Origin: Psilocybe cubensis | Taxonomy: Eukaryota | Assembly: GCA_017499595.2 (NCBI GenBank) | Contig: CM039001.1 | Span: 2,170,001-2,234,000 of the forward strand | Direction of reading: 5' to 3' | DNA: 64,000 nt | Shown here: positions 38,722 through 52,339 of the stretch, piece after piece | How the letters are laid out: each line of letters starts with the position of its first letter | Numbering within the stretch: the stretch's first letter is position 1 | Position numbers and translations under genes: made by a program | Notes under the pieces: generated by a model | Seen by the model: only the letters and a program-made list of their open reading frames with translations | What the model was told of the DNA's origin: nothing | Databases searched by the model: none

Positions 38722-41700
38722 ATGTCAGATACAGGTCTCTATCAGCGAAGGCAACCCCCCAGTCCTCTCGTCTTTTCTCCGGATGCCATTCTTTCCCCAG
38801 TGCCCCTCCAGGCCCAGCAGCAGCAGAGTATGGCCAGCGTTACCCATGGCTCAGGATCAAACACCGTCTCCATGCCCTTTGTTAGGCGGCATGTAACTAG
38901 GCGGCTCAAGGCCGCGAAGACAGAGTGCGATAAGGAGCTTCAGCGGGTCACCAACAACATTACGGCCTTTTTTGAGGAGCGTCTGAGGGAGGGAGACCAT
39001 GAGTCCGAGCGGGATCGTCGTGACCGCGATCAGGACTCCCAGCAGGGTGACTATGAGTCCCTTCGCGATGCGTTTGTCTATCAGCAACCCACAGAATTTG
39101 GCACCGCTACTCAGCATTCCGATGAATACGCTTCGGATGGTGGCTACGATGCAGAGCCAGAGTATAGTCGTCACAGTCGTCAACGTGCGTACCCACAAGA
39201 ACCAGCTTCACGACCTCCCTCACTCATGATTCATCCTTATTCATCCCCTGGCCTTAATCCAGAATCTGCCCAAATCAGTCCCGCGTCGTTGCGTAGACAA
39301 AGTACTGCACCCTGGGACAGGCCCCTCAGTAGCTCCGTTTCTTCCAGCGCTTTGGCATCCAGTCCGGCATCATCCACCATCATGTTACCCGATGTACCAC
39401 TCACTCGGAAATCTTCAAACCACGCCCATGCTCCTGCAACTCCCTCATGGGGATCTACTAGTGCTTCGTCTCGCCGCCTGTCGCGCACGATTCATATCCC
39501 TTCAAGACCTACTCATTCAGGACAAAGTTCTCGTTCTACGTCTCGATCCCGCTCGCCTTTACCACCATTGTCTTCCCACGCGAGCTTTTCAGAGTATGCC
39601 GTCAGCTCAGGCTTCAATCGTCGGTCCTCCCGCATTCTCGTCGATGATCCTATCGACCCCATCATGTCCGCTCTCTATGAAATTATCAGTGTTGCGACGG
39701 ATGTGACAGATACGACCATTGCACAACTCACTAGTCAGCCAAAGATGATGGAATCGATCGTTCAACGGGTCCAGAATATTGGCAAGACTTGGGACGATCA
39801 TCCAGATTGGCACGGGCGAAACTGGTATGTCCAGGTTCTCCTTGCTGTGGCCAGCCTTAGTCGTGTCGTGGAATGGTGGGAAGCGGAGAAACAGTTTTGG
39901 AACTTCGATGAGAACGAAGATGAACAAGACGAGCCCTTAATGTTTGTCACAAAACCGGCAGAGGACACTGGGCCACTTGCGTCTTCATCGCTTCAACAAA
40001 TTGAATCTGGCCTGGAAGGCTTCAGGTTGGACGACGATCATAACGTTCATATTCCTCCAACACCGCCAACTGTAACAAGAAAGTCAAGGGACGAACAGAC
40101 AAAGGACGTCACACATTCTAGGCTTGCTCCCCCAGAACCCATCAAACCTCGCGTTCCTGTTACACCCTCTAAAACTCCTGAAGCCGCGGAATCAGCGCGT
40201 GTTCTTGCTACTGAGCGTCTGAGACTACAAGCTGAGACTGCTCAAAATCAAAACATCGTCGTTGAACTGAGCCTGGACGGTGATCACTTTATTTGGGTAA
40301 ACCATGCCTGGAGAGTCGTTGTTGGGTATGTTTTCTTCCCGTTTCTTTTGCGGGGATAGTTCTATATGACTAATTAATTTTTGTCAAAGGACCGATCCAG
40401 AAGGCCTGCCAGGTACTCGGATCTCAAGTTTACTATCACCAAGTGACTGGGGCGTGTTCAAAGAGGCTAGCCAAAGACTGCAAGACGATGACTCGCATAC
40501 CGTCGAAGTCCGGTTCAAATTGCAGATTGAGCCGAATGTGGATCACGACCCATCAGCTGGGTCACTTTTCCAGCAAATGGAAGGCAAAGGTATGCTAATG
40601 ATTGACCGCGAGGATGGGCAACCATCGCATACTATGTGGGTTATCAAGCCCATTGCTCCCGCGCGTTTCGAGCATGACGCGCCTACGATTGCTCTCGCTG
40701 AAGGAGACCTCGCTCCCGAACCAGCGTCCACCATCCGCCCGACATTTCTCGAGCCTCCTGGCCTTGAACCCGTCACCCCATTCCCGTTCAGTCAACCTAT
40801 TTGTATCGACCCTATTCTTTGTCGCATCTGTGAGTGCAAGATACCTCAGTGGTACTTTGAGAAGCACAGCGAAACATGTGCCGAAACCCACCGTCTGGAG
40901 GCCGAGATTGTTGAATGTAATGAATCTATCGCGGAGCTCCGTAATACCATTCGCGACCTTTGCGTGGCTGTAGATCGACCTGCACCTACCGCTGTTCCAG
41001 AGTATCGGGGAATGCAAATCTTTACGCCTTCGACATCCCCAATTGTATCTTCCCCTCTTCAAATGTTCCGCGCAAATAAGATGCAGAGGATAGGCGTCAA
41101 GAAAATGCAGAGGCGGTTCTTGGATCAGATCGATGATATCCTGCAAGTTGCTTCCGAAATCGAGATGCCCTCACTCAAGGAAGAAGAAGCTCAAGAACCT
41201 ATTGAACGTCAGAGACTGCTTTCCCCCGGCTCTGAGCGTAAAATTACTCAGATACGACAATGGTCAAAGCCAACCACTGAAGATGCTGCCCTCGGACAAC
41301 TACTGCAAGATGCTGAGCGCGTAATGCGCCAAAAGATTGACAATGTTGTACGCATGCAAAACACTATACGATACTCTGAAAAGATTTGGCATGAGTGGCA
41401 AGAGAGAGTCGAGACCGTTCTGGCGACTGCGGAGGAATCGGGAAGTGAAAGTGAAGGGACTGGGTCGAATGAAGAGAATGAGGTTGAGGGCGACCAGGAA
41501 CACGACGTCAACGACACTGCTAGCATCACCTCCGAGTACGGTGGCGGGAGCGGGAATGGAAGTCAACGGATTGCTGAACCTGCTCCGGTGACATCTTCGC
41601 CACCAGCCTCAATAAGCCCTGCGCAGCCACGACCAGCAAGCGTTGGGACATTTCCGGTCGCGAATCCTCCAGTCCTTCATTCGAGGCAACAACTTCACAC

Positions 41701-44686
41701 GAGATCGTCCACACCTTCATCGGTCTCGTCTCCCCTTGCGCTGGCAGCTCCCATTGTTGCCCCGCCGTCTCCCGAGGAATCTATGCCACCGATGCTACTT
41801 GACGAAAGCCCTCGGGTAACCGGAATCAAGTCTCGTAAGTCTATTCAAAACTTGTTGGAGCCCAAGTTTGTGATCACGCCTCCAACATCACCGCTCGTTA
41901 CAGCTCGTGACGGTAGCTCTGGATCTCTGACTAGGGAATCGTCCGTGAAACGTAGCCACCGCCGACACTCCACTGCGAACCTGTTGACTAGTCCCCCTGT
42001 TACAGGCCCGCTTTCACCGCGACAGGCTTTGACACAGACGATAGCACGGACAACGCCCACGTCTATCAAGGATTTCGACATCATCAAACCTATCAGCAAA
42101 GGTGCATTTGGTTCTGTCTTCCTCGCAAAGAAGAAAGCGACGGGCGACTATTACGCCATCAAAGTTTTGAAGAAGGCTGACATGATTGCTAAAAATCAAA
42201 TCACCAACGTCAAAGCTGAGCGCATGATTCTTATGAAACAAGCGGAATCTCCATTTGTGGCCAAGCTTTACTTTACTTTCCAAAGCAAGGAAAACCTTTA
42301 CTTGGTCATGGAATATCTCAATGGTGGAGACTGCGCGGCACTCATTAAATCGCTTGGATGTCTTCCAGAGGAATGGACGAAGAATTATATCGCGGAAGTA
42401 GTTCTTGGGTTGGAATATCTCCATCAACGTGGTGTCGTACATCGGTGTGTTTCCCTCCCCCTGTCTAAATATTTTTGTTTATGATTTTGGCTAGTGATTT
42501 GAAACCAGACAATCTTCTCATTGATCAACACGGGCATTTGAAGCTTACAGATTTTGGACTAAGCAGAATTGGATTACTCGGTCGTCAAACTCGTGAAGGA
42601 CAAGCTGGAAGACCTTTGACGAGATACAATTCTAGATCCCGGCCACCTTCAATGGACTCGGCTTTCCTCTCATCGCCTCTGATATTCCCAGACCCAACTA
42701 GTGGAGGTTCGTACTTTACCCAGAGGACAAATATGGTTCCCCCTATAGGAAACAGCCCTTATCTACCTCCTACAGATGACTATGGCGAGTCGAGCGGCTC
42801 GGAATCTGTCGTGGGACTCCAGACTCGGCGCAACACTCGGATTGCCGACAGTCCTTTGCAATCGTTTGCTAATGAACTGACTACAGATCTTCGTTCACAT
42901 TCAAATTCGGGCGGTGGAACGCCACCTGGCGAACAAAAGTTTGTTGGCACACCGGATTACCTGGCACCTGAAACTATTTTGGGTCTTCGCGGAGATGATG
43001 CTGCGGTCGATTGGGTGCGTTTCCAAGGGATTTGGATTAAAACAGATTTGCTGACACTAGAGTTTGTCGCAGTGGGCTCTTGGTGTCATCACCTATGAAT
43101 TTCTCTACGGCATCCCTCCCTTTCATGCCGAAACTCCCGAAAAAGTGTTTGAAAATATTCTGTCGGGACACATTGAATGGCACGAAGAGTGGATCGACTT
43201 TTCGCAAGAGGCCCGGGATTTCATGGCGGCGCTTATGACGCTCGACCCCAACGAACGTCTTGGTTCAGGGGGCGCAGAAGAAGTGAAAAATCATCCATTT
43301 TTTGCTGGCATCGATTGGGAGAAGGTTACAACGACGGAGGCTGCTTTCATACCCCAGGTCTCCGATCCTGAGTCAACTGACTACTTTGATCCTCGCGGGG
43401 CTATTCCACAACTTTTCCAAGATGAGGATCAGGTTGCCTTGCAAAACCAGACAACATTAGATAGTCCTACCGGAAGTAGCATGCCACCGCCGTCTGTGCC
43501 TATCCCTATTGCTGGCCGGGAAGCTCCGTTATCTGGTGGAAGTGACGACTTTGGGTCTTTCAGTTTCAAAAATCTTCCTGTTTTGAAGCAGGCCAACGAC
43601 GATGTGATTCGAAAACTCAAGACGGACCAGATGGTGCCAATCACCCACACATTGACAGAACCTGCCAACTTTCACCACCAACGGAAGCGAAGTATGTCAC
43701 AGAGGATGAAGAAGCCCCCCAGTGTTGTCACCAACATGGAACCAAGAATGCCTGCTGGCCCACCGTCTCCCGCTACCTCGACATCTTCGATAGCCTCTTC
43801 GCCTTCGCGCACAAGTCTCCCACCACCCACACCAGGTAGCGGCGGTCATATTCGGAAGCCCTCTGAATACGGTGCTGTTGAACGATTTAAACTCAATCAT
43901 ATGGAAGGGGTTGATCGTAGAAACTCTATGCCTAGCCGACTTCGAACTGCCTCTGTCTCAAGTGCGGGCGACGGTTCTGGTTCAGAAACGTGGCAGTCAA
44001 CAGGTTATGGAAGTCAGCATGACTCTAATACTCCTCCGTCATCAGTGCATTCAATTGATTTGAGGAAAGGTCCTGATCCATCTGATCGTATCGTCACTTG
44101 TCTTCTCGCGGAAGACAATCCTATCACAGCGAAGATCATTGAGACGTTGCTTATTCGTTTGGGTTGCCGGTGTGTTGTCGTTGCCGACGGTTCAGAAGCG
44201 ATCAGTGTGGCGATGGGGGACATCAGTGCGTACCTTTTTGTCTGTCTTGACTTTATGGATCACACTAAACACAAACCCTCAGAATTTGATTGCATCCTCA
44301 TGGATCTACAAATGCCTGTTTGTGAGTGATAGTTTAACACTTTGTTCTGGGAACGCCAGGCTGATGGTGATTCAGTGGATGGCGAAGGTGCTGCACGTTA
44401 TATCAAGAGTACAAATGGCAAAAACACAAATACTCCTATCATTGCTGTTAGCGCCTACAGCGGCGTGGATCCTAATGATACTAGCAATATCTTTGCAGCC
44501 TCCCTCGCTAAACCGCTGCAAAAAGCCGATCTTATATGTGAGCTTTGTTTTTATATCTGGCCACCTTGACATCAGCTCACGCATGCCATTCCAGCGGTCA
44601 TGCGCCAACTTGGCTTCAAAACCTCGACGATGCAAGGTGGAACGGCTCACCCGAAAGTGACTGCTTCTCACCCCATAGCGACATGA
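38722..44686 (+). CDS. RIM15: Rim15/Cek1-type Greatwall Ser/Thr kinase with PAS, C2HC zinc finger and C-terminal response-regulator receiver
   Basis: PAS (IVVELSLDGDHFIWVNHAW), CRICE..IPQWYFEKHSETC, DFDIIKPISKGAFGSVFL, HRDLKPDN, DFGLS...long insert...FVGTPDYLAPE, AGC tail, receiver LAEDN/LMDLQMP/VSAY/LAKP; TGA 44684-44686. Confidence 0.93.
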
Positions 44687-45150
44687 CCCGTCGTCACTTT
44701 TTTTTTTAATTGGCATCTCACGCTTCGCTCTGTTGATGTTTTGTTTCTCTCACCATGCGGATTTCGTTCACCCTTTTTTCTCTTCTCATGACCATTACTT
44801 ATCATTTTGTCGCTTTGATATACACTTTTTCAGCACGCATTTCATCTCCCACGACCATGAACGACATAGCATTTTCATTGTTGAGCATTCTCTGCCCATT
44901 ATCACCTGTGTAATTTATAGATACTTTCATTCAATATTGCAAGCCATGAGCTGTTTATGAAGCTATTTTGACGTGTGATATATTTTTGAGAGTGATGGCA
45001 CGGGGTTGTGTTGCGGGCGGGGATTGATGCTGGTTGTGATAGCAAGTAAGAGTAGCAGCAGCCTGCAGCGGGCGTCTGTCCGCGACTTGGACTGGACTAA
45101 CATGTCGGTCACTTTTCTAGCTTGAACTTGTCTCTTTGTCAATCCAAAGT

Positions 45151-47768
45151 ATGGACCGCCAACCATACCCGTTCCTGCCTGCTAATTCTGCTAGTCGCGA
45201 GGGAGCGCTTCCCCAGGACAGCGCCGGCGCCAGTAGCAGTGCACTTGATCCACGCTATGGTCCTCAGACCATACATAGACCCGACTTGTTCTTTCTCAAC
45301 TCTCCTCCTCCTCACATGGATGCCAGGAACAGACCACAGTATCCTCAGCTTCCTCTTAACTCATCTCCTGTGAATCAGTTGTATCCGTATCACCAGCAGT
45401 CTTTTCCTCGCTATGTTCCACAACCCCAGTCAGCTCTCTACCCGACCGCGTACTCTCAGATCCCGGGCGGCAATCACGATTATAGGCAGCGCTCTGCGAC
45501 CCTTCCAGAACACATGCCCCCACCACCACCTTTGCCTCCAAAGCCCATCGTCTACCCATCTATAGGGAACTCTTCAGTACGAAATGCGTCGCCCTATTAT
45601 TCGGCGCCTCCTTTACCTCCGTCATTGCCACCCCCGCCTCCTTTTTCCGAGTCCGCACCAGTGCCAAATTCTGTACCATCTCCTGCGGATGATTCCAATG
45701 AACTCGCCATGGCACTAGCCTTGTCCCAATCAGAGTCTGCGCAGAGAAAGATGCTTGAAGAGCAGGAAGAGGAAGATCTAGCTAGAGCTTTGATGGAATC
45801 CATGCTTTCCACGGGAAGTGATCTTCAATCGTCGAGCGATCCTTTCTTTGCATCGCGCAACGGTCCTCCACCTATCGTTGCTGCAACAAAACCCACAAAG
45901 TCCCCTGCGCTTTCATCCGCGAGCTTGCCCCACTTTCCGCAGCATGATTCAACATCGACTCCCGTTCCCACATCGGAAATCCCCTCTAATAGTGTTGATC
46001 CCTCTCATTTTGGACGATACGACAAGTGGCGTATACCTGAGAAACCATCGGCAAATGAGCCGCCATCCGAGCCTGACAATCCCTCTTCGGGTTTCCTACA
46101 ATCTGCCAATCCTGCCATTGCTCCTTCTGAATCCAGCAGATCCCCAGCGGCAAGGCCCGTGAGTGTATCCAGCTCGTCGTCACTTCCATATATGCAACCA
46201 AGTCCTCGAGTAGCTGCATTTGATGGTGCAGTAATAGATGCGTCGAAAGATGGCAGCGATCGTCCCATTCCACCAACGTACCAACCTACAGTTCAGGGAT
46301 CGTCCTCACAGGCCCACGATGATGCCACCGCACCACAGACCCCTCCTGATACTGTTCTGGCTTTCGACGATGAGGCGTATGCTCGTCAACTGGCAGCCGA
46401 AGAAGAAGAAATGGCCAGGCAAGAGCAGCATGCCTACTACGAAAAGAAAAAGGCGTTGGAAACTGCAGATGAAAATGTGGGGCAAACCGCTCCAGCTTAT
46501 ATTTCAAATGGCAAACAGCCCCAGCCTCGTTATCAGTCATTGGAATCATTTCGTCCAGCCACCGAACCATATCAGTTTCGTGATGCTGCTCTTTCTAATC
46601 CATCTGAAGGTACATATCCATCTTCAGATCCTAGCGAATCTTCCCATTCATCAGTTGCTTATCCTTCCTTGGAATCTCACCGTGACTCAGAGTCGGACTC
46701 AATCTCTATGACGAGCCGACATTCTTCTGCCCGTTCTTCCGCGAGTGTGCCTACCGGACAGACTCCACCAGGCAGACGGCGGCAATCCGTGGGTAGTATG
46801 TCGCAACCCGATGCAAAGTCTAATCTTGCACACCAACAACCAGTCGCTGGGCTCTTAAATCCCAATCAATTTTTGGATCGTGAACTATTAGTTGGCGTTA
46901 GTGCGTATCTTCACAACATTAACAACTATGTTCTTAAAATCTGACAATGTGTTTTAAAGCTATTGGATTCAAACCGCCAGCTATATCGACCAGACTTTTA
47001 CCCATGCAAGATCCTATGCCAAATATAATATCTATTCCTTACAGCCGTTGCCCTCCCCTACATCTTCAAGCGCCAGACTGGAGACATCTTTTGAGGTTGA
47101 TGGCTCGATTGAGTGGAACTCGGATTGAACCAACTGTTGAGGCGATGGCTGTCTCAAAGAACGACCTCAAACTGCGTACCGTTATTCAGTTCATAAAGGT
47201 GCTTTTCCCCTCATTATATAATATCTTACCATCCTAAAACTTTCTTTAGCCTCATCCTTCTTCAGCTGAGTGGCGGACCATACTGTGGTTTACCGTGGAC
47301 CATCCAATTCCCCCAAACGCGCCAGGAGCATCCCGTTACATCGCCGGGAATCCGAATTTATTGCCATGGTCTTATTCTCTTTCTCCGCTCCCAATGCTTT
47401 TACGTGATGCCTCGGACACTCCAATTTCGAAAAGCTTTACAATTCCCGAGTCAGAAAGTGTCCCACTTCCTAATTTACCTATCACATTTCCTAACCTGGC
47501 ACTATATCTCCAAGCGGCCTTGGATGATTCACGGCGATATAGCAACGACCCATTAAGTCTAGGCAAGCTGGGGAAAATGGTTCAAACGTGTTATCCTAAC
47601 GTGGAGCAAGACCACTTGGAGTTTGATGGTCCAGGGAAATCGACCGTTGGACATTTGTTCAAGAAGGTCATGGGCCGGGGAAACAAAGACAAGAAAAAGA
47701 CCAAAGCCACGAATAATGAAGAAACATATCAACTCGTTACACCTTTTGTGCCAGACGAATGGGGTTGA
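45151..47768 (+). CDS. Hypothetical Pro/Ser-rich protein with ubiquitin-interacting motifs and a conserved-looking C-terminal domain
   Basis: DSNELAMALALSQSE and EEEDLARALMESM (UIM-like), DDEAYARQLAAEEEE (MIU-like); ordered C-terminus LQAPDWRHLLRLMARLSGTRIEP...EWRTILWF...LVTPFVPDEWG. Confidence 0.7.
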
Positions 47769-48499
47769 AACTTTTTTTCGCCACTGTTTGCTATCGTTAG
47801 TTTTTAACCTTGTTGCTTTTTTTGTGGTCACTTTTTGTATTACGCCCTATTCCTCCCTGCTTTCTCTGGTACATTCATCTCGGAATCATATTTATATTAT
47901 GTATTTCATTGCAGTAGATACCTCAAGTCTGATTTATATCCAATATGTGTAATTTGTACGTTAATAAACCTATCAACAGATATTTCATTGGGTTGCGAAT
48001 GCTACTATGTATATATTTGAAGCTGGTGTTGAATTGTCAGTGTGATCCACGTGGTGGCTAAAACCAGGTTGCCAAATCTTTCATCTGAACACATCCATCA
48101 TCGGTACTAACTTGATCTTAGTGTTCGAATTTCCTTGTCTATGGTATCCTGAATTTATACTATATTTTTTTAAACACGGGTGACTCCTTTGCTTGTTGTA
48201 TCTCTCTGGCTTGAACACACCCTTGACTTGTGCTGTTATCAATGCAGCAAATACGGCTCTGCAACCTGCTGACCCAAACTTCTATGGGAAGCCTTTACTT
48301 TGCCGATATTATTTGCTATTTCCTCTGTCTGGTGCATGGGACCCGAACTATGCTAAAATGAAGTCATCCGACGCCCACAAAAATAGGACCTGCTTCCCGC
48401 TTCATCGATGGCCCCACTATCGTTATTAAAAGGCTATAACCTTCTCCAAATCGACTCTCACTTATTGCCACCTGTACTGGGACTGATTCTGTGTCAAGC

Positions 48500-51089
48500 A
48501 TGGACAAAAGACTCGAAGGTAACTCTGTTCGAAAGGCAGATTACGACACAAGCAAAGAGAGCGACTTTGAGGATGGTTCCTCGTTCCTGACCCAAGTCGA
48601 ATCTTTGAGATTATCTCTTCGAGGTCCTCGGTTGACCGCAGCTATCGCCTTTGTCACTGGGACGGGGTTTACATTATTTGGGTGTGTAAAGACCTCCCTC
48701 TGCTTCCTTGGAGCCTGAATGAATTGCAATTGACATACTATGGATTAATTAGATATGATCAGGGTGTCATGTCCTCGTTGCTCACTGCCAAACAGGTTTG
48801 TAAAATACATTCCATTGGTGCTTTCCGTTGAGCATGATTTTGCTTTGTCTAGTTCGAAAACACTTTCCCCGAGGTTGTAGTCGAAGATTCTCACAGAAAT
48901 CACGCAACTCTTCAGAGTCTCCTTGTAGCAATTTATGTATGTCATTGCTTGAAATCGTCTGATTTGGATCTGAGAAATGGATAGGAACTTGGCTGTCTAG
49001 TTGGAGCCCTGTCCAATCTTTGGATTGGCGATAGATTGGGCCGACGACGCACTATTATTCTAGGAGGCGTAGTAATGATTGTCGGCGCAGTCCTTCAGGC
49101 AACAGCATTCACGTATGCTCACATACTCGTCGCGCGAGTAATTACTGGTCTAGGAAACGGGTTAAATGTACGCACATCCATGCATTCCTGATGCCTTTTT
49201 CTGGCACTTATAAACAGACACCATAGACCTCGACTGTCCCATCATATCATGCAGAATGTTCACCAGCAGCTCAGAGAGGGAGCTTGATAATGATAGAAGG
49301 AAGCCTGATCACCTTTGGTATTATGGTCTCGTGAGTTAATTAACAGTTATCACTAGAATAGACTGACGGATCTCTCCTCGATGACAGCTATGTATGGTTT
49401 CGTTTACTTTGTTTCGTTAGGATATCTGACACCAAAATTGAAGTGGCTGGACTTCGCATTGTACGTTTCCGTAACGAAAATATGAAAGTCAAGCACCATT
49501 AACGATCGAGGGAACAGATTTTGGGCTAAAGATTCTTCAGCCCAGTGGAGGGTACCTGTAGCTTTACAGATTATTTTTGCTTTGATAATGGTTCTGGCTA
49601 TAGGATTTGTGAGTAAATTATCTATATTCTTAGTCCTTCTTACTTTTGACAAAATATCAAGCTCCCAGAATCCCCGAGATGGTAAGATGTGAACCATGTC
49701 GCTGAGTGCAATATTGACATGACTGCAAGGCTTTTGAAGGCTGGTCGGCCTGCGGAGGCAATGGCAGTGATTTCGGCGCTAGAAGACAAGCCCCCGACAG
49801 ATGCAAATGTCAAGCAAACATTTGAGGCAATAAAAGAGGCCGTCATAGCTGAAGGCATGGATCTTACAAACGTGGCTTCTAGTCATGACTCGCAGAAATC
49901 ACAATCGAGTAAGGCATCGCTTCGTGAACTATTCACAGGCGGTCGCGGTCAAAATTTCCGACGAGTAAGCTTGGGCGTGGTTATCCAATGTTTTCAACAG
50001 GTATTCACATTTATAATCGACATCGATTTTCTTCTAACAAATCCATTGAGATCACTGGTATAAATATTATCACGTACTATGCGGTCCGTTTATCAACAAC
50101 GTTTCTTCCTTTGGTGACCAAAGCTAAAGCATTCAGTTTTCATGTAGACGCTTCTGTTTGAGCGATTGCAAATATCAGACACCAAATCTCGAATCATCGC
50201 CGCTTGTAATGCCACAGAATACTTCATGGCATCATTCATCGCCGTGTTTTTGATCGAACGAGTGGGCCGTCGCAAGTTAATGTTCTTCGGGTCTTTTGGA
50301 CAGACTGGAACGATGGTACTCCTTGCAATATTGGGAAGCATCAATAATGCGGCTGCACGCATAATAAGTGCCATTCTCTTGTTTGTCTTTAACTCTTTCT
50401 TTGCAGTCGGTTGGTTGGGTATGACTTGGCTTTACGTGAGTAAATGCTTGTCCCGACTCCATCTTGACAATTGCATAACTCAGTATACCCCACTGGAACT
50501 CCACAGCCAGCCGAGATTGTCGGTCTGCGTATGCGTGGACCTGCAAATGCCCTTTCGACGGTACATTCTTGTTACTGGGACCAAGTAAACTGAACCGACT
50601 CGAGAGTGTTACAGGCTAGCAATTGGACATTCAACTTCCTAGTTGTCATGATTACAGGTCCAGCCTTTGAAAATATCTCGTGGCGCACTTACATCAGTGA
50701 GGATGACCGGGCCTGTTTCTTGAAGCGGCAGTAGAAATTAACTTTGTGCTTTGAATAGTTTTTGCCACACTGAACGCTGCAATCATACCATGCGTCTATT
50801 TCTTCTTTCCTGGTATTCAGATTTGGAGATTGAAAGGAGTGATAGTACTGATTTTATATATTGCAGAAACGGCAGGACGCTCACTTGAAGGTTAGTGGAA
50901 ACCGTTGAGATTCATGCTAGGAAGCACATTGATGATTTTGTAGACATGGACATCATATTTGCGATCGCATACAATGAAAGTGTATCTCCGGTGGCCGTTT
51001 CTTTGCGAAAAGATATACCAAAGGCGGGGTCGGCTGAAGCCAATAGAATTCTAGGCCTGGATGAAAGAGAATCAGAGGACCGAAGGTAA
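48500..51089 (+). CDS. MFS sugar porter (Stl1-like glycerol/sugar:H+ symporter family), about 20 exons
   Basis: GFTLFGYDQGVMS, IGDRLGRRR, ARVITGLGNG..TSTVPSYHAEC, QWRVPVALQ, LPESPRWL, FQQITGINIITYY, ERVGRRKL, WLYPAEI, SNWTFNF, FFFPETAGRSLE. Confidence 0.9.
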
Positions 51090-51196
51090 ATGAACAACAG
51101 TGTTGGTGGTGGCCAAAGGTGGCATATAATCCAGAAGAGAACAATTGAGGCACGTTAATAGATGTTTTATAAAAATGTTATCAAATTATTCGTGTG

Positions 51197-52006
51197 TTAT
51201 TCGTCACTAGTCGATGAGGGTATGGGAGGTATATGGACCCTGGCATGACGATTTATTTCCCGTCTTTGTTCGTCGCTTAAAGGATGGCCTTCTTGGGGTG
51301 GGCACGCTTTCATGCTGACTGTCCCAAATCGATTAGGAGGCCATATAATCATGAGCAGTTTCGATTCAATGAGGCTTTTGGAGACCTGTTTAGCGTGGGC
51401 CATCAGTTCGATGGTCGAGGAAGAGATGAATGAATTTAAGATACATACCGGCCCATAGTGGTTGCTATCGTCGCTCACGAAATGTTCGTCACCTAAAAGA
51501 TAAATATAAAAAATAAATCTAGAGTATTGCTAAACTTTATATACCTTCAATCCACACATGTCCTTCGGGCACGGTCACTTCCAGGTCTGGATATGGAGGA
51601 AGTGTTTTCACAGTGTCTCCCTCCATAGCTATTATACGTTTTATAAGCACATATTTTGGATTCTGTGGAGACCTGTTTTCGCGTTCATGAGACGGATGGG
51701 TTCCGGGTTGACATTGGATACTGACCGAACTGTGACGATATCATCCCTCCCGTAGTCCTCTGCTTCTCGCACTGCAAACTTGCTGAAAAGTGCAACGTCT
51801 CTCCATTGAGAGGAATCTGGATTTAGAGTCGGCTAAAGAATCTGTCGTGCCATCAACTTCAAGCAGCTAGAAATTCAGTTGAAATGAACCTGCATGCTCC
51901 TGCCAGATATCGTCTTGACATGGAAGAAATGGTCCGACAGGAAGAACACGGTAGGACTCCAGTAAAGAAAAGGTAATGCTTTGCGAAAAAGAGGAAAGCT
52001 ACTCAT
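51197..52006 (-). CDS. IMP2: Mitochondrial inner membrane protease subunit 2 (S26 peptidase)
   Basis: Manually spliced: MSSFPLFRKALPFLYWSP...ISGRSMQ|PTLNP...RDDIV..R|SPQNP..LIKRIIAMEGD...VPEGHVWIEG|D...DSNHYGP|VS..LI...IIWPPNRFG. Ser/Lys dyad present. Confidence 0.88.
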
Positions 52007-52339
52007 GAATAGAGCCTCAACAATTCGGGTGAAAGGTAAGTATTAAACATTATTCAATGTCAGGCAACTGATGTGAGTGTATCATAGTGATTATGTCAGA
52101 AGTCGGCTGAAACTATTATGACATTGGAACGGGTTTGCAAGTAGTTTATACAATACAGTGTGTAAGTACACTATACAGATATAGATATACAGAGTTATAG
52201 CAGTAAATCACAGAGTGGTGGTAGTAGGTTGAGAACTTAGTGATAGAAATGTAATGTATAATAAATGTGCAATAAGTAGACTATGAAGCCTAAAGAATAG
52301 TGTACTCATTTGAAGGGGATAAACTTCATAATGCGAGTG

